Notes under the pieces: generated by a model
The model's input: the letters and a program-made list of their open reading frames with translations, nothing else
Database searches by the model: none
What the model was told of the DNA's origin: nothing
In this document: positions 8,206 to 15,405 of the stretch, one piece after another
How the letters are laid out: each line of letters starts with the position of its first letter
Numbering within the stretch: the first letter of the stretch is position 1
Made by a program: the position numbers and the translations under genes
Source of the DNA: a virus
Lineage: Duplodnaviria; Caudoviricetes
Direction: 5' to 3' (one strand)
Virus record (IMG/VR): IMGVR_UViG_3300038424_000065
Coordinates: 1 to 26,999 of that record
Length of the DNA: 26,999 nucleotides

Positions 8206-8582
8206 GCGATGAGTTCGAGATCGTTCAGCCGAGCCGCCCCTTGGCAAATCGCATCCGCGATTTCTTTGAGACTTTGTTCACTGGCCGCTTAGTGTTACAG
8301 TTGCGCGCAGATTTAGAGGAAGCCCGTGCTCAACGTGACTACTTCAAAGGCCGCGCGGAACGTCTCGAACTTCAACTCTTGCAACCTCGCGTCGCCGCTC
8401 ATAGCCTTGATGCTGGCACCGCACAACCTCGCGCTCATCCGACGGGTACTCTTGGCGGCCGGAAGACCTGGCAACAAATCGTCTCGGACCGCCGCAAGCA
8501 ACTCGCGGAACTCGCAGCCGAAAAGCAAAAGAAACCAGAAACTTCCGCGCCGACAGCATCCGCACCGCCGACGCAGAACTGA
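8202..8582 (+). CDS. hypothetical coiled-coil protein (126 aa)
   Basis: ATGA coupling to terL; GAGG RBS. Confidence 0.7.
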   Translation: MSDEFEIVQPSRPLANRIRDFFETLFTGRLVLQLRADLEEARAQRDYFKGRAERLELQLLQPRVAAHSLDAGTAQPRAHPTGTLGGRKTWQQIVSDRRKQLAELAAEKQKKPETSAPTASAPPTQN

Positions 8583-8593
8583 GGGGTAATCGA

Positions 8594-9016
8594 ATGGCGT
8601 ACACCGCAAAAGATGGGAAGCGCTTCGAGAATCAGGAGATCGGCCGCACGTACGATCGAAGCCGCGGCCACGAGCCGCCGAAGGAAAAGAAGGCGAAGGC
8701 AGAGCCGGCCAGCGAGAAAGGCCGCGAAGGCGAAGAAGAGCCGATCGAGGAAGTCGTGAAGGCGCACGGACCTGCACACAAGACCGAGATCGAGAAGACC
8801 GAAGACGAAGGCGAAGAGTATTCCGTTCACTCGCATCACGAAGACGGACACAAACACTCGTCGCACGGTCACGATCTTGAGTCCGCGCATCATCACTCGA
8901 TGAAGGCGCACGGCGCCGAGGGCATGGAAGACGAAGAGCCCGAAGGCGAAGAAGAGGGCGAATCCGCGCCCGCGATGGGATCCTCGCCGCCGGGAATGCC
9001 GGCGATGCAGGAGTAA
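8594..9016 (+). CDS. His-rich acidic protein (140 aa)
   Basis: GAGGGG RBS; 'HSHHEDGHKHSSHGHDLESAHHH' flanked by Glu-rich tracts. Confidence 0.75.
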   Translation: MAYTAKDGKRFENQEIGRTYDRSRGHEPPKEKKAKAEPASEKGREGEEEPIEEVVKAHGPAHKTEIEKTEDEGEEYSVHSHHEDGHKHSSHGHDLESAHHHSMKAHGAEGMEDEEPEGEEEGESAPAMGSSPPGMPAMQE

Positions 9017-9021
9017 CGAAG

Positions 9022-9255
9022 TTGGCTTCTCAGAAGGACGCCGGCAGTGCCGCAACTGGCTTTGTGACGGCGCGGGAATCGGAACCGCCGCGGCGGTGTG
9101 ATAATTGCGAGCACTTCCGCCGCGGCTTGCGGGAATCCGGGTACTGTGACGGTGAACACATTATGCGGGATCCGGAGTTGAAGGGCCGAAGGAACTCACA
9201 GGGCCTCGTGAAAGTTGAGCCCGACTCGTACTGTTGGTGGTACGACGCTAAGTGA
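9022..9255 (+). CDS. small 4-Cys protein, HiPIP-like
   Basis: AGGAG RBS, TTG start; CDNCEHF...C...VEPDSYCWWY. Confidence 0.55.
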   Translation: MASQKDAGSAATGFVTARESEPPRRCDNCEHFRRGLRESGYCDGEHIMRDPELKGRRNSQGLVKVEPDSYCWWYDAK

Positions 9256-9308
9256 TGAAGCGGAAGTCATCCCCCCGAAGCAAAATCACACACAGGAGAA
9301 AACAGACT

Positions 9309-9698
9309 ATGGATCCAGCATTTGAAGTCCACAAACTGAACTCACGCGGGATGCAGAAGGCGAAGCGACTCGCCTCGAACTTCGACACGCATCTCTCGAT
9401 CGTTCGCGAGATCGTCGGCGAGGCTTATTCCGAAGGCGGCCTGATGTACAAGTGCATCGAGCATCTTGAGCTCGCGAGCTTTTATGCGAAGAAGACTCTC
9501 GCGCAGCAACCGGGCAATCAAGATCTCGGAAACGAAGCCGAGGCCGAGGCACCGTTCGCCGCCCTGGCGCAAGATAAAGCGGGACCGACCGCGTTCACCG
9601 GGACCGTCGGTGGATTCCTTGGTTTCATTCGTGGTATGAAGTTCACGAAATTCGAGGCCGATCGACTGATGAAGGCGATCGCCGACCAGACACGCTAA
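9309..9698 (+). CDS. Acb2/Tad1-like helical hairpin protein (129 aa)
   Basis: CACAGGAGAA RBS before ATG 9309; 'FEVHKLN..G..KA..LA..FD ... LELASFYAKKTLA' pattern. Confidence 0.5.
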   Translation: MDPAFEVHKLNSRGMQKAKRLASNFDTHLSIVREIVGEAYSEGGLMYKCIEHLELASFYAKKTLAQQPGNQDLGNEAEAEAPFAALAQDKAGPTAFTGTVGGFLGFIRGMKFTKFEADRLMKAIADQTR

Positions 9699-9725
9699 TC
9701 GGGAAGTTCACAGGAGAAGACGACG

Positions 9726-9902
9726 ATGCCGAAAGAAGTGAAGGGCGAAACCCGCGGTTATCCATGCGAGGACTGCGGAGAGACATTCGTTACGGCCGAA
9801 GATTTCTCGAATCACTTTAGCCGAAACGAAGGCGCGGCCACGATTGAGACATGCAGATACACGCCGGCCGGCGTAAAGAAGCTGCGGAAAGCGGCCGCGT
9901 AA
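9726..9902 (+). CDS. small zinc-finger protein (58 aa)
   Basis: Hand translation MPKEVKGETRGYPCEDCGETFVTAEDFSNHF...C...; CACAGGAGAA RBS; absent from ORF track. Confidence 0.75.
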   Translation: MPKEVKGETRGYPCEDCGETFVTAEDFSNHFSRNEGAATIETCRYTPAGVKKLRKAAA

Positions 9903-9914
9903 CAGAGAGGTTGA

Positions 9915-10082
9915 ATGCCCTGGACGCCGAAACAGACGCGGTATCTTTTGTCGAAAGTTTCGCCGCTCAGTGAGGACCAGAAGAGCAAGATGAAGTCGGA
10001 GTTACATGCAAACCCCCGCTTAGCTCACAGGAAGAAGAACCCGATTACCCGGGCAAAGGAGCATCGTTCCGGTAACGGTTAA
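9915..10082 (+). CDS. small basic protein (55 aa)
   Basis: Hand translation MPWTPKQTRYLLSKVSPLSEDQKSKMKSELHANP...; GAGG RBS; absent from ORF track. Confidence 0.7.
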   Translation: MPWTPKQTRYLLSKVSPLSEDQKSKMKSELHANPRLAHRKKNPITRAKEHRSGNG

Positions 10083-10115
10083 TCCACAATCCGCAAGAGC
10101 GGAAGGGGGCAGCAT

Positions 10116-10730
10116 ATGGCCGTGCAAACGATCAACGTCTCAGGAATCGCGGAACTTCGGTTCGTCCTCGCGGCGAACACACAGTTTTATTTCACAGGCG
10201 CGGTCGATAATCAAAAGCTGCGCCTCATCCTACAGCAACCGGTGAGCGGTGGACCATTCACCGTGTCATCGGGAAACTGTCCCGGACTTCAACAACCCAA
10301 CGCGACTGCGGGCGACAGTTCGGCACAGGAGCTCACCTACGACGCTGTGACGAATACCTGGAACGGCGTACCACCGCCGGCTATCGGTGGAAACTCACAA
10401 GCACCGCAGATCATCGCTTATGGCGCATCGGGCGCTGGCCTGGCAATCAACAAAAACGCGGGAATGTGCATTTTGAACGGTGGTGGTGTGGTTGCGGCGA
10501 CGCTGGTTCAACCTGTCGCCGGGCCGCCGGGAATCGGAGATGACGGCGTTGTCTTGAAAATCGTATCCGGTTCGGCGAACGCTCATACCGTCAAGACTTC
10601 GGCCGATGGCATCTCACCGGCAGCGGATACCATCACCTTCGGCACAGTTGGCGCGGGTGTCACGTTGCAAGCCTTTGACGCGGTGTGGTACATGATCGGC
10701 GGGGTAGCTGCAACGCCGACCGAAGCCTAA
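10116..10730 (+). CDS. putative virion structural protein (204 aa)
   Basis: AAGGGGG RBS; beta-rich; 'LRLILQQ..SG', 'ATL..P...DDGVVLKIVS...AHTV...GAGVTL.A...WY' typical of fibre/decoration domains. Confidence 0.6.
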   Translation: MAVQTINVSGIAELRFVLAANTQFYFTGAVDNQKLRLILQQPVSGGPFTVSSGNCPGLQQPNATAGDSSAQELTYDAVTNTWNGVPPPAIGGNSQAPQIIAYGASGAGLAINKNAGMCILNGGGVVAATLVQPVAGPPGIGDDGVVLKIVSGSANAHTVKTSADGISPAADTITFGTVGAGVTLQAFDAVWYMIGGVAATPTEA

Positions 10731-10754
10731 ACGAGAGAACCTAACAACGCCGGC

Positions 10755-10787
10755 GCGGGCAGCGGCGAATCTGCCCGCCACACTTTT
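10755..10787 (+). terminator. hairpin, possible weak terminator
   Basis: GCGGGCAG / CTGCCCGC 8-bp stem followed by CACACTTTT. Confidence 0.4.
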
Positions 10788-10802
10788 GAGGGAGCGTGAC
10801 TA

Positions 10803-11435
10803 ATGAGTCTAGCGGGAAGCGTTCAAGCGTTAGCGGCACAGGTCACTAAGAACACCGGCGGCGCGCAGTCCGATCGTCTCTTCACAACCAGCGTCACTCT
10901 GATGGACTCCGCGCTAGGAAGTTCCTTCCGTCTCATCGATTCCGAAGTCGGCCTCGGCTATCAGGGCTCGACATCCGTTTCGGGAAGCCTGGTTGCCATT
11001 CGTGGGAACACAACGATCACCGCCGGGACAACCGTAACCGGCCAGTCGTATCTCTACGGCGTGCAAGGCAAACTCACGATCCAGGGCCATCACACCGGGA
11101 CAGCCGAGGTTTCGTGCGGCGTTCTCGGCCAGCTCGATCTATCGGCGGCTCAAGCTGTCACCGCTCCCGTTGCTTGCGTCTGGGCCGACTGCGGCGCATC
11201 GGTCGGGACGGCGACAGGCGCGAACATCGACGGAGTCGTAATCTATAACACGATCTCGACGCTTAAGATCAACTCGGCGATTCGCATCTCTGCATACTCA
11301 AACTATCTGTTCGATCTCAGTGATCCGGGAACGAACTGGTTCCTCGGAACTAATGCGGCGACTGCGGCCGGCACGCTCAAGATCAACATGAATGGAACGG
11401 CGAAGTATATTCAGCTTTACTCATCCGAGAGCTAA
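10803..11435 (+). CDS. putative fibre/decoration protein (210 aa), paralog of C-terminal domain of 23151..24641
   Basis: GGGAG RBS; shared 'IDSE', 'TSVSGS..AIRG', 'LYGVQGKL', 'QLD', 'YLFDLSD'. Confidence 0.7.
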   Translation: MSLAGSVQALAAQVTKNTGGAQSDRLFTTSVTLMDSALGSSFRLIDSEVGLGYQGSTSVSGSLVAIRGNTTITAGTTVTGQSYLYGVQGKLTIQGHHTGTAEVSCGVLGQLDLSAAQAVTAPVACVWADCGASVGTATGANIDGVVIYNTISTLKINSAIRISAYSNYLFDLSDPGTNWFLGTNAATAAGTLKINMNGTAKYIQLYSSES

Positions 11436-11441
11436 ACGATC

Positions 11442-11514
11442 TCTGGCGGCGCGGCGTGCGCAACGGAAGAACTGAGGGCTTTCGCTGCGAGATGACCCTC
11501 GCCACGCCGCCGGA
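11442..11514 (+). other. intergenic structured RNA element
   Basis: TCTGGCGGCGCGGCG pairs with CGCCACGCCGCCGGA (14/15 incl. one G-U), with inner AGGG/CCCT stem. Confidence 0.5.
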
Positions 11515-11533
11515 ACACACAGGAGAAGCGAAC

Positions 11534-11902
11534 TTGAAAGAAGCAACCCCCATCACTGGAAGCGTAATCACGAAATCGCTGAACGTCCCGGAACGGCTGA
11601 ACTTACTTTCGATTCTGCCGGTACAGGGGAATCTCGCGACGCTTCGGATCGTTCGCGATCTTCGCGAGAAGCTGAGTTTGAGCGAGGAAGAGCACAAAGA
11701 GTTCGGGATCACAACGATCCACAACGACAACGGTTCGGTTACATTTAACTGGACGAACGGCGATGCGGCACTCACGCCGCGAAAGTTCCAGTTCCAACCG
11801 AAGGCGCTCTCGATTATCGTCGAGGCGCTACGACAGCTCGACACGCAAAAGCAACTTCGCACCGAACACATTTCGCTCTACGAGGCATTTATCGAGGACT
11901 AG
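11534..11902 (+). CDS. hypothetical protein (122 aa, TTG start), possible fibre chaperone
   Basis: CACAGGAGAA RBS; helical protein directly after a fibre-like gene. Confidence 0.65.
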   Translation: MKEATPITGSVITKSLNVPERLNLLSILPVQGNLATLRIVRDLREKLSLSEEEHKEFGITTIHNDNGSVTFNWTNGDAALTPRKFQFQPKALSIIVEALRQLDTQKQLRTEHISLYEAFIED

Positions 11903-11905
11903 ACG

Positions 11906-12250
11906 ATGATTGACTTCCAACGTGATTGGCACGGACGGCTCTTGCCGATCCACGGACATGCGCGAGAAGGTCGAGCGTCACGGACCTATCAAACGTGGAA
12001 GGGAATGATCCAGCGATGCAGGAATCCAAAGGCTGCGAACTATTCGCGATTCGGTGGACGCGGGATTCGAGTCTGCCGTCGCTGGCGAGTCTTTGCGAAT
12101 TTTCTCGCTGATATGGGAGAGAGGCCGATCGCAATGACGCTCGATCGTAAGGATGGCAGCAAGGGATACTATCGGCAGAATTGCCGATGGGCAACTCGCA
12201 TCGAACAAACGGCAAATCGAGCAAACGTCGGGAGGCCGAAACATGGCTGA
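11906..12250 (+). CDS. HNH homing endonuclease
   Basis: 'TYQTWKGMIQRC.NP....Y..FGGRGIRVC.RW..F.NFLADMGERP...TLDRKD..KGY...NCRWAT..EQ..NR'. Confidence 0.9.
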   Translation: MIDFQRDWHGRLLPIHGHAREGRASRTYQTWKGMIQRCRNPKAANYSRFGGRGIRVCRRWRVFANFLADMGERPIAMTLDRKDGSKGYYRQNCRWATRIEQTANRANVGRPKHG

Positions 12251-12479
12251 GAAATGGATGGGCGAGGTTTCGCGTGGTATCAAGCGCCGCGGCACGAAAG
12301 GCGTCTTCAAACGCGCGGCCGAGCACGCCGGTCAGAGCACCGCCGGCTATGCGGCCAAGATCTCTGCGCGCAACCGCAGATGGCATGAGAATCACCCGGA
12401 CGAGAAAATGCCGCCGAAGATGGCGAAAGCCGGCAAGCGCGCGGGCCTGGCTCGTGCATTTGCATCCGCGCATCACTAA
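12243..12479 (+). CDS. small basic phage protein (78 aa)
   Basis: GGAGG RBS; 'MAEKW...IKR.G...KRAGLARAF' type of basic protein found in phage head modules. Confidence 0.7.
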   Translation: MAEKWMGEVSRGIKRRGTKGVFKRAAEHAGQSTAGYAAKISARNRRWHENHPDEKMPPKMAKAGKRAGLARAFASAHH

Positions 12480-12486
12480 GAGCTGA

Positions 12487-15198
12487 ATGCCGACTGACAC
12501 CCAGGATCTCGACGAGAAGGACGTACAGAACGAAGGCGAGACGAAGGACATCGAAGCTCTCGACTTCCCGCCGGGTGTGCTCGCTCCCTCAGAGATCAAC
12601 AAGCAATCTCCCCCGCTTCACTTCGAGGACGACGAGAAGAACGCGATTAAAGCGCTGAATAAGAAAGTCGCTCAGCGCGACATGCCGGCACGCCGCGAAC
12701 AGATCATCCGCGTGTGGGAAGCTCGCCTCTTCGATCGACAGTTCCAGCATCTTCTACCGCGCCAAAACGGCGGATGGGAACTCCCCGCGCTCGGAACCGG
12801 CTATGGTCGAGGCGAAGAGGAAGATCGCTCGCAATGGGAAATCGACATTTATTCGAGTTACCGGAAGATCATTTGCGCCGCACTCACGCGCGAAGTTCCC
12901 GGCACTCGATTCGAGCCTGGCGATCCAGACAGCGATCGCGACATCACGGCCAGCTCGAACGCCGAGAAGCTCAAGTCGAAAGTCGAGCGCGACAATCGGC
13001 TCAAGGAATTGCAGGGCGAGACGGCTCGCTTCCTTTGGACCGATGGCCTGGCCGTTCATTTAACGCGCTACGTCCTCGACGCTCAGGCGTTCGGCTATGA
13101 GCCCGAACCCGAAGGCGAGGTTCCCGAAGATGAAGAGACAGGAGAATCCGAACACGCAATCGGTCACGAAGGCGGAAGTGAGGAAGTATCTGACGAACTT
13201 TCCGAAGCTGATGGAAGCGCTTCTGAGGGAGATCACGCCGAATCGGATGAGGAAGAAAAAGCCGAAGGCGGCGAGGGAAGCGAAGAGGAAGAAGGCGAAG
13301 AGGGCGAAGAGTTTGACTCAAGCTGGCAGCCGCGCGGTCAGGAGCTCATAACCGTCGATGGCGCACTCGCCTGGAAGCTCCCGATCAAAGCAAACTGTCT
13401 CAAGGCTATGCCGTGGGCTCGCTATTCGTTCGAGGTCGATCTCGCCTCAGCGAAGGCCATGTTCCCGGATGTGGCCGACCAGCTCAAACCGGCGCAGAGC
13501 GGATCTGAATCTTCCGACGACGGCGACGATCTCGAACGGCTCGCGCGAATCAATGTGCTCTTGGGTGTCGAAGACAACTTCATCACCGAAGACTCGACCG
13601 TCTACGACGTCACGATTCAAAAGTTCTGGTATCGGCCAGGCGCGCTCATGGAGATCCCGAACAAGGAAATCCGCGAGCGAATCATCAAAAAATGCTGGCG
13701 CGGGCTCTATGTCACATTCGCCGGCGGGAACTTCTGCGAAGGCCGCAACGCTTCAATGGATGATTACCTGGCGCTCACCTTTGCGGATGCCGGCGACGGT
13801 GTGCATCGGCCAGCGCTCGGATCTCCGCTCATCGCACCGCAAAAGGTTCTGAACACTCTCGCCGAGCTGGCCTACGACTATTTTGTTCATGGCGTGCCGA
13901 TGACGTACATGGACGACGAGATGTTCGACACCGAGGCGATCAACGACCAGGACAATATCGTCGGCGGCGTGCGGCCGTTCGAGGCGATCCCAGGTCAACA
14001 GGTGGACGGCATCTACTGGTTCCGCGAAGAGCCGGTTCCCTTCCCGGAACAGTTGCTCATGTATACGCAATGGCTCATGGACGAAGTCGCGCAACTGATG
14101 AGCGGCGCGTATCCCGCGCTCTTCGGCGGCGATATGACGAACCAGGGCGTCGGCGATGCGCTGATGCAGCGCGACCAGGCTCTCGGACGTCTCGGCCTTC
14201 CCTGGCGGAACATCAAGCAAACAACCGCGGACGTGAATCGCCAGGCGGTGCAGTCTATCTCGATCAACGCGGAAGGCATCATCAAGCTTGGCGGCGTCGA
14301 GAAAGTTCAGGTCGACACAGCCGACCTCAAGGGGAACATCCTTTGCTTCCCCGACACCGACGAGAACATCCCGGAATCGTGGACACAGAAGTCGAACCGC
14401 TTCGCGATGATCGTCACGGATGCGGCGACTAATCCCTTCTTTCAACAGTTGCTCGACGATCCCGGCAATTTGAAGCTCGTCAAGGACATGAGTGGATTCA
14501 AGGAACTCCGGATCCCGATGCTCGACTCGTGGGAACAGCAGCTCGGCGAGATCGCGATCTTGTCGGAGTCCGGACCGGCGCCGAATCCTGATTATGTAAA
14601 CCTCGAAAAACAGATCGCGGATCTCACCGCGAAGATCTCGGCGGCCACAACTTCGCAAGCGCCGATGACTGGCGAGATCCCGACAGTCGAGGGCGCACAA
14701 GTTCCCCCGCCGGCGCCGCCGCAAGCGATCGCTCCCCCGGCCGAACTCGTACAACAGCTCGCGGCGCTCAACGCGCAGCTTCAAACCACGCCGCCGCTCA
14801 TCTCGACGTATCCGATCGACGTCCAATGCGACGATCATGCCGTACACGCGCTTACTTGCTTGGGCCTCATCAACTCGCCGAAAGGCCGCGCGATGAAGAA
14901 CGGCACAGCTCAGGACCAGAAGGCGTTCGCGAATATCCGTTTGCACTTCATGGAGCACACCGCGGCGGATGCGAAGAAAAAAGCACAGCAACAAGCGCAA
15001 GCGGCCGCCGGTCCGACGAAGCCGCCGGCGTTCTCAGCGAACGTGAAGGATCTGCCGCCGAAGGAAGCCGCTCAAGTTATGCAAAAGGGCGGTGTACAAT
15101 CCGATCCGAAGGACTTTGCTGCACAGGACACGGCCGAAGCGGTCGCGAAGCATCCCGCGCAATTAGCGAGCGCGATCCCGGCGGCCACGGGAGCTTAG
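12487..15198 (+). CDS. portal protein (903 aa, podovirus-like)
   Basis: Large gene between terL and scaffold/MCP; 'G.PLI..Q..LN', 'MSGA.PALFGG', 'RDQALGRLG', Q/P/A-rich C-terminal extension as in P22-like portals. Confidence 0.75.
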   Translation: MPTDTQDLDEKDVQNEGETKDIEALDFPPGVLAPSEINKQSPPLHFEDDEKNAIKALNKKVAQRDMPARREQIIRVWEARLFDRQFQHLLPRQNGGWELPALGTGYGRGEEEDRSQWEIDIYSSYRKIICAALTREVPGTRFEPGDPDSDRDITASSNAEKLKSKVERDNRLKELQGETARFLWTDGLAVHLTRYVLDAQAFGYEPEPEGEVPEDEETGESEHAIGHEGGSEEVSDELSEADGSASEGDHAESDEEEKAEGGEGSEEEEGEEGEEFDSSWQPRGQELITVDGALAWKLPIKANCLKAMPWARYSFEVDLASAKAMFPDVADQLKPAQSGSESSDDGDDLERLARINVLLGVEDNFITEDSTVYDVTIQKFWYRPGALMEIPNKEIRERIIKKCWRGLYVTFAGGNFCEGRNASMDDYLALTFADAGDGVHRPALGSPLIAPQKVLNTLAELAYDYFVHGVPMTYMDDEMFDTEAINDQDNIVGGVRPFEAIPGQQVDGIYWFREEPVPFPEQLLMYTQWLMDEVAQLMSGAYPALFGGDMTNQGVGDALMQRDQALGRLGLPWRNIKQTTADVNRQAVQSISINAEGIIKLGGVEKVQVDTADLKGNILCFPDTDENIPESWTQKSNRFAMIVTDAATNPFFQQLLDDPGNLKLVKDMSGFKELRIPMLDSWEQQLGEIAILSESGPAPNPDYVNLEKQIADLTAKISAATTSQAPMTGEIPTVEGAQVPPPAPPQAIAPPAELVQQLAALNAQLQTTPPLISTYPIDVQCDDHAVHALTCLGLINSPKGRAMKNGTAQDQKAFANIRLHFMEHTAADAKKKAQQQAQAAAGPTKPPAFSANVKDLPPKEAAQVMQKGGVQSDPKDFAAQDTAEAVAKHPAQLASAIPAATGA

Positions 15199-15200
15199 AA

Positions 15201-15392
15201 GTGGCACTCGACGGCGAAGGCTATACCGATAAAGAGTTCTTCAAATTGCGATACCGGCATTTGAAGGAACTCGGTACGCCTGGCCTCACAAAACGCACGA
15301 CGACGGTCCAGGACGAAGGCACTAGTAAATGGAGAACGGTCTGGATCATCGAATATGAAGCCGCGGAAGAACCCGCGAAGCTCGTGAACTGA
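15201..15392 (+). CDS. hypothetical protein (63 aa, GTG start)
   Basis: GGGAG RBS; fills portal-scaffold gap. Confidence 0.6.
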   Translation: MALDGEGYTDKEFFKLRYRHLKELGTPGLTKRTTTVQDEGTSKWRTVWIIEYEAAEEPAKLVN

Positions 15393-15405
15393 CACAGGAG
15401 AAAAT

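Noticed and set aside
11470-11500. Hammerhead ribozyme in the 11442-11514 structure
   Set aside because: CTGAGGG does not match the CUGANGA core and there is no correctly placed GAAA
13753-15000. 415-aa minus-strand ORF, and other long antisense or alternate-frame ORFs (e.g. 4284-4985, 11889-12602, 18242-18877, 24008-24709)
   Set aside because: Overlap well-supported + strand genes, lack motifs; expected in GC-rich coding DNA
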